Source: Candidatus Latescibacterota bacterium
Lineage (GTDB): Bacteria > Latescibacterota > UBA2968
NCBI GenBank assembly: GCA_965204745.1
Contig: OZ242010.1
Location: forward strand, 1,504,001 to 1,568,000
Direction: 5' to 3'
DNA: 64,000 nt
Shown piece by piece: positions 19,501-28,907 of the stretch; within the stretch, counting starts at the first letter, position 1, and every line of letters begins with the position of its first letter. The notes below the pieces were generated by a model that searched no databases, was not told the DNA's origin, and saw only the letters and a program-made list of their open reading frames with translations. Made by a program: the position numbers and the translations under genes.

Positions 19501-20234
19501 AGACCATCCGCAAATTGAACGCGCCTACTCCCGGCCTCGCCGAATACCTCAATGCTGTGGGCGCCAACGCGAATTGGAACGAATTTCGATCTCACAATGC
19601 GGGCGCGGCGTACCGTGAACTCAGAGATGCTCTCATCCAAAACCAACACGGACTTTGCGCCTACTGCGAGATCGAGATCAAAGAACGGCGGCTTCAGGTT
19701 GAGCATGTGATCCCGCAAAGCAGTGATAGGACGAAGTCCCTCGACATAGCCAACATGGTCGCCTGCTGTCTGGGTGGAACTAGGCCGATGCGTGATGAAG
19801 ATCATTATCGTATGCCCGTGAAACACAACCTGAGTTGTGGTCAGACGAAGGGAAATCAGATCGACAAAAACTTTCTTGACCCCCGGATACTCCCCGCGTT
19901 GCCATCGCTTATGCGGGTGATTGACAACGGACTGATTGAAGCAGACGAAAATGCCTGCCAACGGGCCGGTTTTTTCCCCGACCATGTGACCCGCACCATT
20001 GAAATTTTGAACCTCAACGCAGAACGGCTCCGGTTGGCGCGGGAAAAACGGTGGAATGGTCTCGAAGAAGAATTGGGACAAATTGACGATTCAGATATGA
20101 TGAATGATTGGATACGCTCCGTGCTGATACCGGACGCAGACGACTTGTTGGTCTCCTTTTTTACGACGAGCCGGTGCTACTTTGGCCCACTCGGCGAGCG
20201 CGTTCTCGCACGACAACCTCAAACTTGGATATAA
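19497..20234 (+). CDS. HNH endonuclease, PtuB/TIGR02646-like
   Basis: QHGLCAYCE...VEHVIPQS...NMVACC...SCGQTKG; ATGA overlap with the ATPase. Confidence 0.85.
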   Translation: MKTIRKLNAPTPGLAEYLNAVGANANWNEFRSHNAGAAYRELRDALIQNQHGLCAYCEIEIKERRLQVEHVIPQSSDRTKSLDIANMVACCLGGTRPMRDEDHYRMPVKHNLSCGQTKGNQIDKNFLDPRILPALPSLMRVIDNGLIEADENACQRAGFFPDHVTRTIEILNLNAERLRLAREKRWNGLEEELGQIDDSDMMNDWIRSVLIPDADDLLVSFFTTSRCYFGPLGERVLARQPQTWI

Positions 20235-20237
20235 ACC

Positions 20238-22634
20238 ATGCCTGCTTCCCGTCGGGCCTCGCGGCCAAAACGCACATCTGGCGCAGGTGCTGAAAAGCCC
20301 AAAGTCGGTATCGCCACCATCCTGTCTCGCGCTTGGGTGCCCGTGGTCTTCTTCGCCTTGCTCGCGGTGGGTTATTTTTATCACCTCGTTTTTACGGGCG
20401 ATATGATCCTCGGCAGCGACACCGGCACAGAATTTCACAGAGGCAACGAACCCTTTGTCGAGGCCCTCGGCAAATTGCGCCCTGCCAACTGGAGCCGATT
20501 CATGGGCGGCCTCCCGGAATCCGCCGGGCTCCGGGCGCGGTATTATCCCCTCGTCGTCATCGACCTCTTCACGAGTGAGCACCGCTATTTTGGCTGGCGT
20601 TACGTCTTCGCCATGTTCACCGCGGGCTATTTCACCTTTCTCTGCGTCCGCAACCTGGGGCTACATCCGCTCGCCGCGCTCATCGCAGGGGCCGCGTACG
20701 CGTCTGCCCCCGCGTTCCTCTCGTTCTCGCTCGCCGGTCACTATGCAAAAATGACGGTCATCGGCCTTTTCCCGCTCATGTACTGGGCACTGGGCAAAGG
20801 CATGGACACGCGCCGCGTCATCTACTTTCTCATCCTCGGCGGCACAGTCGGCATCGCCATCTACAGCCCGCACCTCCAAATGGCCTACTTCGCCCTGTGG
20901 GCACTCGGCCTGCTGTTCCTGTACAAACTCATCGCGCACTATCGCGCAACGCGAAAGACCGCGACCGCGCTGTCTCAAACCCTCCTCTCCGCAGGCGCGA
21001 TCTGTCTGGGCCTCGCCATAGGCGCGGAGGGATTGTTTCCGCAATATTGGAACACCCGAACATCGTCAAAACGCGCTGTTCAGGCGCGAGCCGACGCGGA
21101 CGCAGGGTATGAATTTGCCGCATCGTGGTCCCTCCATCCCGAAGAAATTTTCGCCCTCGTCATCCCCGAATTTGGCGGCTTTGACACGGAAAACCATCGA
21201 TACTGGGGCCGCAATCCCTTCAAAATCAACTCGGAATACGTCGGCATCGTCCCGCTCTTTTTTGCCATCATCGCCCTAGCGCACATTCGCAAACAATCGC
21301 ACATCGCATTTCTGATCGGCCTTTTCGCGCTCGCAGTTGCCTACGCGCTTGGCCCACACACCCCCGTGCATAAGTTCTGTTACCATCTCATACCGGGGGT
21401 CAATGTCTTGCGCGCGCCCGGCATGATCGCCTTCCTCTTTTCGTTTGCCTTATGCGTACTCGCCGCTCATGGCGTCCACCGTCTCATAACCGACGACATC
21501 GCGCCCGAATCGGCGAAGAGAATCGGCATCGCCGGGGGGATATGCACCGCAGTCCTCCTCCTATTCGCCTTTGCCCCGGCCATCCTCCTATCCCTGTGGC
21601 AAAGCACCATTTGGACAGACATGCCCGCCGCCCGGCAACAAATCGCACAGGCGAGTCTATCGCAGGTGGGAACGGGTGCCCTGCTCGCCGCGCTCTTTGT
21701 CGGCGTGCTCACCGCGCTCTCGTACCGCCGCGTGCAAAACAAACTCCCCCTTCACACCTTTGCCCTCATCATCCTGATCGTCATTCTCATCGACACCTGG
21801 CGCGTCGACAAACTATTTCTCGCGTATGCCGATCCCAATCGCTTTCTCCCGGAAGAGCGCGTCAACGCAGATGCGGTCGCTTTCCTAAAGCGGGACGACA
21901 GCCTCTTCCGCGTACTCGCGCTTCCCAATCGCAACGCCATGCCCTTGCCCGGCATCGACCTCGTCACCGGATTCCACGACTTTGCCATCAGGCGTTATGA
22001 CGACATCCTCAAATCAAACGCAATCGCCGATCCCGCAATCCTCAACCTGCTCAACACCAAATACATCGTCGCGGCAGACGAATTTGACACCGCCCAATTT
22101 GAAAAAGTCGCCGGCCGGCAGGGATTGCACATCTACCGCAATCCCCAGGCATTCCCGTGGTTCTATCTCGTGCCCCAATACGACATCGTGCCCGACGAAG
22201 CCGCGATCCTCCAAAAACTGCGCGATCCAAACGCCCAACCCAGGCGAACCGCCCTCATCGAACGAGACCCCGGCATCGCGGGCGACCCCCATGCAACTGA
22301 CGCGGGCACAGTCCAACGCCTCGACTACGATGAACGCCGGGGCTATCTCAAACTCAAAACACAGGCGGCGGGTGCGCGCATCCTCGTCATCTCGCAAAAC
22401 CACCACCCCAACTGGCACGCCACCGTCAATGGCGAACCCAAACCGCTCATCCGCGCCAATTATCTGTGGACCGCTGTCGCGCTCGCGCCTGGGGAACACA
22501 TCGTAGAACTCGCGTACCGCGACCCCATCCTCGCCATCGCGCGCTGGATCTCCCTGGGCGGCGTTGCCATCTTCATCGCCGCAACCGCGCTGTGCATTCG
22601 CAAAACCCCTGGAGCAACCGACAATGCCAAATGA
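20238..22634 (+). CDS. YfhO-family membrane glycosyltransferase
   Basis: Multi-TM N-terminal region, LNLLNTKYI, and C-terminal HPNWHATVNG...IRANY...PGEHIVELAY. Confidence 0.85.
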   Translation: MPASRRASRPKRTSGAGAEKPKVGIATILSRAWVPVVFFALLAVGYFYHLVFTGDMILGSDTGTEFHRGNEPFVEALGKLRPANWSRFMGGLPESAGLRARYYPLVVIDLFTSEHRYFGWRYVFAMFTAGYFTFLCVRNLGLHPLAALIAGAAYASAPAFLSFSLAGHYAKMTVIGLFPLMYWALGKGMDTRRVIYFLILGGTVGIAIYSPHLQMAYFALWALGLLFLYKLIAHYRATRKTATALSQTLLSAGAICLGLAIGAEGLFPQYWNTRTSSKRAVQARADADAGYEFAASWSLHPEEIFALVIPEFGGFDTENHRYWGRNPFKINSEYVGIVPLFFAIIALAHIRKQSHIAFLIGLFALAVAYALGPHTPVHKFCYHLIPGVNVLRAPGMIAFLFSFALCVLAAHGVHRLITDDIAPESAKRIGIAGGICTAVLLLFAFAPAILLSLWQSTIWTDMPAARQQIAQASLSQVGTGALLAALFVGVLTALSYRRVQNKLPLHTFALIILIVILIDTWRVDKLFLAYADPNRFLPEERVNADAVAFLKRDDSLFRVLALPNRNAMPLPGIDLVTGFHDFAIRRYDDILKSNAIADPAILNLLNTKYIVAADEFDTAQFEKVAGRQGLHIYRNPQAFPWFYLVPQYDIVPDEAAILQKLRDPNAQPRRTALIERDPGIAGDPHATDAGTVQRLDYDERRGYLKLKTQAAGARILVISQNHHPNWHATVNGEPKPLIRANYLWTAVALAPGEHIVELAYRDPILAIARWISLGGVAIFIAATALCIRKTPGATDNAK

Positions 22635-24159
22635 AGCGCAGGACGGTCACTCGGCCACGGCCATTCAGCGCATTGCACGCGGCGCGATTCAAACCTTCGG
22701 GAGCACCTATCCCGCGCGGATCATCAACTTTGTCGTCCTCCTCTTTCTCTATCAATTCCTCGTGCCCGAAGATTTTGGCGCGGTCGGCACGGCCTATTCC
22801 CTCCTCGCCTTCGCCATTGCCATCCGCGACTTTGGCTTGCACTTTGCCCTGTTGCACGAACACGACCGGGTCCACGAACTCGCCCCCACGCATTTTGTAC
22901 TCAGCGTCTGCACGGGCAGCATCAGCGCGATCCTCGCCCTGGCTATGGCATTGAGTGCGGGCCGCGCACTCGAATTTGCCCATGCCTTCCCCGCGTACAG
23001 TCCAGACCCCCAAACCTATCCCAAAGTCGCCCTGGCCCTCGCCGTATTGGGGATCTTCGACTTGCTCAGAACCGCGGCCCTCACCGCCGAAGTGCAACTC
23101 CAGCGCGACCTCGCATTTGGTCGCCTGGCCCTTGCACACGCGGGCGGCACCATCCTCGCATCCTTGGTCGGCCTCGGCCTCGCGTACCTCGGCTACGGCA
23201 AATGGGCATTGATCCTCGGGTTTTTTCCATACAGCGTCACCTACATCGTCTTCTACTGTGCGGTCATCTGGCAGCGCCATCCCCCGCCCTTGAACCAACT
23301 ACGCGCCTTTGACCGAGACGCCGCAAAGCGCATGATCCGCTACGGCCTGTGGTTCTGGGTCGGCGGCATCCCCAAGATATTCGTCCACCACTACGACAAA
23401 CTCATCATCAGCGCGTTCTTCGGGTTGCACCTGCGCGGGATATACGACGCCGCGCACAACTTTGCCCAAATCCCCACAGGCGCCATCACCCTGGTCATCG
23501 TGCGGATCACCTGCGCGGTGTACGCGCGCTATCAAAACAGGCGCGACCAACTCTCCGCAGCGTACCGCCGCGCCGTGCGCCTCATCCTCCGCACCACCGT
23601 CCCCATCTCTTTGGTACTCGCGCTCGAATCCAACCGCTGGATCTCGATCTTCAAACCCGAATGGGCGCCGGCCGCGCCACTGCTCCAATGGCTCATCATC
23701 TACTCCCTCTGCCGGCCCGTGCTCGACGACATCCACGCCTTGTTCTACAGCATCGGCGCCCCGAAAAACATCGCGAAATTCGCATCGGTTCAGGCCCTCG
23801 TACTCCTCGTTCTCGCCCCGGTGCTCGGCCACCTCTTGGGCATCGCCGGCATTGCCATCAGCCTCAACGCCGTGGCCGTTATCGGCCTCATCTTCGCGCT
23901 CAGCTTGGCGCGGTCACATGTGGATTTGCCCATCGCCAAAACATTCGCGCCCCCGCTCATCGCCGCGGCCCTTGGCACGGGCCTGCACCTCGCCGCCGCC
24001 GCGTGGCTCGACGCGCTCCCCACATTTATGGGCGTCATCGCAGGCAGCGCGATCTTTGTGATGGGCTATGCCAGCGGCCTGTTCATCGCTGAACGCAAAA
24101 CCCTGCTCCGCGAAATCAAAACCATCATCCACGCGCTCAAACGCCCTCCCACGCCTTGA
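22624..24159 (+). CDS. Oligosaccharide flippase (Wzx-like)
   Basis: LVPEDFGAVG, QLQRDLAF, YDKLIISAFFG; 12-14 hydrophobic segments. Confidence 0.85.
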   Translation: MPNEAQDGHSATAIQRIARGAIQTFGSTYPARIINFVVLLFLYQFLVPEDFGAVGTAYSLLAFAIAIRDFGLHFALLHEHDRVHELAPTHFVLSVCTGSISAILALAMALSAGRALEFAHAFPAYSPDPQTYPKVALALAVLGIFDLLRTAALTAEVQLQRDLAFGRLALAHAGGTILASLVGLGLAYLGYGKWALILGFFPYSVTYIVFYCAVIWQRHPPPLNQLRAFDRDAAKRMIRYGLWFWVGGIPKIFVHHYDKLIISAFFGLHLRGIYDAAHNFAQIPTGAITLVIVRITCAVYARYQNRRDQLSAAYRRAVRLILRTTVPISLVLALESNRWISIFKPEWAPAAPLLQWLIIYSLCRPVLDDIHALFYSIGAPKNIAKFASVQALVLLVLAPVLGHLLGIAGIAISLNAVAVIGLIFALSLARSHVDLPIAKTFAPPLIAAALGTGLHLAAAAWLDALPTFMGVIAGSAIFVMGYASGLFIAERKTLLREIKTIIHALKRPPTP

Positions 24160-24200
24160 CATTTATCCCCATTTCCGATATTATTCCAATCAGAATAATT
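24156..24200 (+). promoter_or_regulatory. Sigma70-like promoter with overlapping inverted repeat
   Basis: TTGACA(24156)-N17-TATTAT(24179); ATTATTC-N6-GAATAAT overlaps the -10 box. Confidence 0.6.
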
Positions 24201-24215
24201 ATGGGGAGAATAATC

Positions 24216-25624
24216 ATGAAATTCTACAACAGAGAAATCGAACGGGCACTCCTTCAAGACCTGACCCAAAGATCGGCGCGATTCGCCCAATTCACCGCGA
24301 TCTTCGGGCGTCGCCGCGTGGGAAAAACAGAACTCGTGCGCCAGCACCTCCAAAATCGCGGCCTCTACTTCTTCGTGGAAAAACGCCCCTCCAATGCCCT
24401 TCTGGCCGAATTTTCAGCCACCCTCAAATCGCAGCGCGCCCACGCGCCCGCATTCACCAACTGGAAGGACTTTTTCGTCTTTCTCTTTGTCGAAACGCAA
24501 CGCCAACCCGAGATTGTCGTCTTCGACGAGTTTCAAAACTTTCTCGCCGTCGATCCCTCGGTGTATTCCATCCTGCAAGGCGTGTGGGACGACTGGCACA
24601 AACCGGCCAAAATCCATCTCATCGCCATCGGCTCTGTGGTGGGCCTGATGAAAAAGGTCTTCCAAGATGCCAAAGAACCCCTCTACGGTCGCCTCACCCA
24701 AGAAATCGACCTCGGCCCATTGCCCATCCAAGCCGTCTATCACATCGCCGCGGACCTCGGCTTTCAGTCGCCAGAAGACATCCTCACCCTCTACGGCATC
24801 TTCGGCGGCATGCCCCGGTATTACGAAATCATCGAGAGTTTGGGCCTAGGCGGTGCCTCCATCCGCCAAATTCTCCATCGCACGCTATTTGTGCCCTTTG
24901 CCCCTTTCCGCAATGAAATGCGCGACATCATCCTCTCCGAATTTGGAGGCGCGGCCCACACGTATTTGGCAATTCTCGAAGCCATTGCCACGGGCAAAAC
25001 CCGGCTATCCGAAATCGCCGGCCCCGCGGGGTTGCCGGCCACGAGCCTGTCCAAATACCTGCGCGACTTGTCCGCTCTGTTCGATCTCATCGAGCGCGAA
25101 GTGCCCATTACCGAGCGGTCTTGGCGCACGAAAAAAGCCGCTATAAAATCCGCGACCCTTTCATCACCTTCTGGATGCGTTTCATCTACCGGCAATTGAG
25201 CATTTACGAATCCGGCAATTTTTCGTATTTTCTCAACCACCTCGATACTTACGTGTCGGAATTTATGGGCTTTGCATTTGAAAATATCACGCGAGAACTG
25301 CTGCTCGACCTGAACCGGCAAAACCGCGTGCCCTTCTCCAGAATCGGCCGCTGGTGGGATAGACAAAGCGAAATCGACCTCGTCGCCCTCAACCCCGAAA
25401 CGCGCCAAACCCTATTCGTCGAATGCAAATGGACATCTATGCCGGTCGGCACGGGCGTTCTCAATGCCCTCAAGCAACGCGCCCAAAACCTCCACGCGGA
25501 CCAAGCCTTCTACCTCATCGCGTCCAAATCGGGATTTACCCATGCCCTCAAAAACCGCCGCGATCCACATCTCTACCTTTGGGACCTAAACGACATCGCA
25601 ACATCGCTCACCGAGAATTTTTAG
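24216..25624 (+). pseudogene. Archaeal-type ATPase + wHTH + DUF234 PD-(D/E)XK nuclease, frameshifted
   Basis: GRRRVGKT, FDEFQ and GGMPRY in one frame; YKIRDPF...GRWWD...EIDLVA...VECKW in another. One extra A in the A6 run at 25131-25136 would join them. Confidence 0.85.
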
Positions 25625-25704
25625 CGACTCCCGCTTTTGCTTTTATCCTTCCCGCTCGAGACATTGTTTTTCGTCTGAAAGTCATCAAACAAAAGGAATA
25701 AACT

Positions 25705-26886
25705 TTGTCAGAGACAATTTTAATCGGGTCATTGCCTCCCCCCATGACTGGACAGACCATTGCATTTCAGATGGTCTGCGAGGGTTTTCAGGAACGCGAA
25801 TTGCCCCATCGGGTGATTGACCTCAGTGGCAAAGAACACCAGAGGGCAGAGGGCGGTTTTTCGTTGCGGCGATTAAGACAACTTTTCAAACCCTTCTGCA
25901 ATGCCCTTATTTTGTTGGTAGGCCGGAAAAATCTATACCTCAGTGCCACTCAAAATTGGGCGGGATTTCTCAGAGATAGCACATTCATACTTTTGGCCGC
26001 TATCGGCAGGCAGCGCATTGTGATTCACGTACACGGGGGAAATTACGACGGCTTTTATGCCTCCCTTTCGCCCTTGCAACAGCACGTAGTGCGCGCTGTT
26101 CTCAAGTCTGTGGACAGAATATTGGTCCTTGGGAAAAGTCTGTTTGGCATGTTCGATTTTGAACCCGCTCTGCGGGATAAGATACAGGTCGTTTTCAACG
26201 GACTGCCGTACCAAATTGGGGAAACGCCCGTTGAACCAAAGCATCTGCCAAGAGGACAAGGGCGACCAAAGCTCCTCTTTCTCTCCAACCTGATTGTGAG
26301 CAAAGGCTACCTCCAAGTGCTCGAAGCACTGCACATCCTGGTACGCGACCGAGGAATCGACGCCGAATGTCATTTTTGTGGAAGTTTCGTCCTCGTGTCC
26401 GACATCTGTCCGTACTCAACCCCCAAAGAAGCGGAAGCCGATTTTTTGCACCGAATCAAAAAATATGGGCTCGGCGAACATGCGTTCTATCACGGCCCTG
26501 TCGATGGCAATGGGAAACTCCGTTTTCTTCAAAACAGTCACTTTTTTTTGCTTCCAACCCGCTATGTGTACGAAGGTCAACCGATATCGATCATCGAAGC
26601 TCTCGCGTTTGGGCTGGTTGTGATTACCACGCCCCATCGCACGATCCCGGAAATGGTAGAAGAAGGTGAGGCCGCGGAATTGATCCCCTTTGATCGGCCT
26701 GAAGAAATCGCCCGCGTGATCGAATTTTACATTCGAGATCCGGACGAGTTCTACGCGATGAGTCGAGCATCCATCAATCGGTACCGCGAGACATTTACCC
26801 GAGAACAACACCTTAATAGGCTAATCCCTCTTATTTTGCCTAGTAGTACGCCGCTGACGAATCGTCCACGAGGCGATTCTTTTTGA
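25705..26886 (+). CDS. Glycosyltransferase family 4
   Basis: HVHGG, LFLSNLIVSKG and EGQPISIIEA. Confidence 0.88.
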   Translation: MSETILIGSLPPPMTGQTIAFQMVCEGFQERELPHRVIDLSGKEHQRAEGGFSLRRLRQLFKPFCNALILLVGRKNLYLSATQNWAGFLRDSTFILLAAIGRQRIVIHVHGGNYDGFYASLSPLQQHVVRAVLKSVDRILVLGKSLFGMFDFEPALRDKIQVVFNGLPYQIGETPVEPKHLPRGQGRPKLLFLSNLIVSKGYLQVLEALHILVRDRGIDAECHFCGSFVLVSDICPYSTPKEAEADFLHRIKKYGLGEHAFYHGPVDGNGKLRFLQNSHFFLLPTRYVYEGQPISIIEALAFGLVVITTPHRTIPEMVEEGEAAELIPFDRPEEIARVIEFYIRDPDEFYAMSRASINRYRETFTREQHLNRLIPLILPSSTPLTNRPRGDSF

Positions 26887-27066
26887 TGGGACAGTAATAG
26901 GTCTTTTGTAAGTGCTCAATGTGAAGCATGACCGCTGTGAGTATTGATCTTCGATTCAGTTCTTTTTTTTGTCCTATTCATTAAGAATGATGCGTTATTT
27001 GACCTTTCCCCATCAAACCCCTATATTTGATTGCTCAAAAAAATAAAAAACGAGGAGAATTTTGCG

Positions 27067-28035
27067 ATGAAAATTCATGTTTATGTCAGTCACGAAGGCG
27101 TTCAGGAAAGTTTGTTGCGCGAATGGATCACACGCGGTCATGAAATCTACCTCACCGAAGGCATTGGACGCTGGAAAGAAGAAATGGCACCGATAGCCGA
27201 AGGCGTCAAACGCGAATGGCCGCGCAATCCCGATATTATATGGGTCGGCTCAACGCAGGATGTGGGCTACGCCTTGCTGTACAAATGGAAAAAACTCCGC
27301 CCGCGCATTCCCATTGTGCTCACGCATTGGTGGGTGCCCTCAACCGTGCGATTTGCGAAAACCGTGTACAAATTCGCCCACCAAATCAGCGTGTGCGAAT
27401 GGGGTCGCGAATACCTCATGGAACACCACGACATGGATTCGGCGGTCATGTATTGCCCGGTCGATCCCGACATTTTCACCCTCAAAGAAGAAGAACCCGA
27501 TCCCAAGCGCGTCTTGTGCGTGGGCAATCACTTTGCCTCGCGCGACATCATGGGCTGGGAATATCTCGAACCCATCATGGCAAAAGTCTATGAAAAAGAC
27601 CCCGAAGTGCATTTTGAGTTTTTAGGCGTCAATCCCGAAATCGATCCCGCCAACTATCCCAATGTCTCCAAGCGCGCCCTCCCGCAAAACGAAATGCCCG
27701 ATATCCAAGCCCGAGCGCGATGCGTCGCGATCACCACCACCTTCAACCTCATCCCGCATTCGCTCTTGGGCGCGATGGCATTGGGCCGCAACGTCGTCGC
27801 ATTTGATCTCCCATCGCTCCATGAAGTCATCGAACCCGGAAAAAGCGGCTACCTCATTCCGCGCTACGACACGGACGCTTTTGCCGCCCAAATCCTGCAA
27901 CTCACCAGCACGCCCGTCGATCCGGAAATAGGCATCAGAGCACGCGAAAACGTCTTAGCCAAATGCGACCACCGCCTCGTAGCATCGCAGTACGAAGCAT
28001 TCTTTCAAGCGGTGTACAACGGCGACAGGCGTTGA
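27067..28035 (+). CDS. Glycosyltransferase family 4 (divergent)
   Basis: AMALGRNVVAFD...EVIEPGKSGYLI; the canonical ExFGxxxxE is replaced by NLIPHSLLG; GAGGAG RBS. Confidence 0.75.
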   Translation: MKIHVYVSHEGVQESLLREWITRGHEIYLTEGIGRWKEEMAPIAEGVKREWPRNPDIIWVGSTQDVGYALLYKWKKLRPRIPIVLTHWWVPSTVRFAKTVYKFAHQISVCEWGREYLMEHHDMDSAVMYCPVDPDIFTLKEEEPDPKRVLCVGNHFASRDIMGWEYLEPIMAKVYEKDPEVHFEFLGVNPEIDPANYPNVSKRALPQNEMPDIQARARCVAITTTFNLIPHSLLGAMALGRNVVAFDLPSLHEVIEPGKSGYLIPRYDTDAFAAQILQLTSTPVDPEIGIRARENVLAKCDHRLVASQYEAFFQAVYNGDRR

Positions 28036-28168
28036 AAAAAAATAAAAAGAGGTGCCCAATAGCACCTCTTCATCGAACCTACCCGCCCTTTCTATCAAAA
28101 AAAACATCTCCCCTCCTCGTTTCGGGGAGGGGCCGGGGGAGGGATCGTATTTGATTTTAAGACAACTT

Positions 28169-28510
28169 CTAAACGACCAGAACCTGCGTCTTTTCCAAAA
28201 GTTGCAAGCACAACGCCCGCATCTCTTCCAATTCGTGACGCAACGCCCGCTTGGCCTCTTCGGCCGGCAGATGCGCGAACAAATCCGGCAACTGCACTCC
28301 GCGGCTCATAATGGCATCGGCTACTCGGTTTTGGAAATGCTCGCGAACATAGAGACAGTTGTCCGCGTGATAAAAACATCGAATCGCCTCAGCAGAACTC
28401 AACGCACCGCTGTTCAATGACTGCACAAGTCCCAGATTCAAAAATGCAAACGACGCCAATTCCGCCGTGGAATTGCCATTGGAATCCGATAGCAGAATGC
28501 GAACTTTCAT
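28169..28510 (-). CDS. DUF3969-like protein (immunity/antitoxin candidate)
   Basis: FLNLGLVQSLNSGALS...IMSRGVQLPDL...LEEMRALCLQLL, recalled resemblance; coupled to the upstream ORF by a 4-nt overlap. Confidence 0.6.
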   Translation of the reverse strand: MKVRILLSDSNGNSTAELASFAFLNLGLVQSLNSGALSSAEAIRCFYHADNCLYVREHFQNRVADAIMSRGVQLPDLFAHLPAEEAKRALRHELEEMRALCLQLLEKTQVLVV

Positions 28511-28749
28511 AACGCCACCGTAAAATATTTCACACCAGCAACAGCACCTGATTCGCGTTCAAAATAATGGATTTCGCCAGAAGTGCCTTTTTTGATAACC
28601 TTTTGCCATCTGCCCGGCCGCAAATTTCGCAACACCAATAGAACAGAGCGATTTCGAACCGGATATTTAACCGTCCCTCCTCGAACGGGCCTCCATCCCA
28701 AAGGCACTGATCTGGACGCATAGACATCTGGATAGAGATAGAGCGGCAT
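28507..28749 (-). CDS. Small basic protein, toxin-domain candidate
   Basis: 80 aa with YPVRN...GRWQKVIKKG...EIHYFERESG; GAGG RBS. Confidence 0.6.
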   Translation of the reverse strand: MPLYLYPDVYASRSVPLGWRPVRGGTVKYPVRNRSVLLVLRNLRPGRWQKVIKKGTSGEIHYFERESGAVAGVKYFTVAL

Positions 28750-28907
28750 TCAAACCACCTCATGCAATATATCTTTTGCGAGATACTTCCACAACAGCAG
28801 ATCCAAACATACCGCTTGTATCTTTGGGCGACATCGCCGTTGAAATAGCTGTCGTCAGTTGTACCCCGCTCGTGGCTAAACTTCCATCTTATTTTTTGGG
28901 AAAACCA

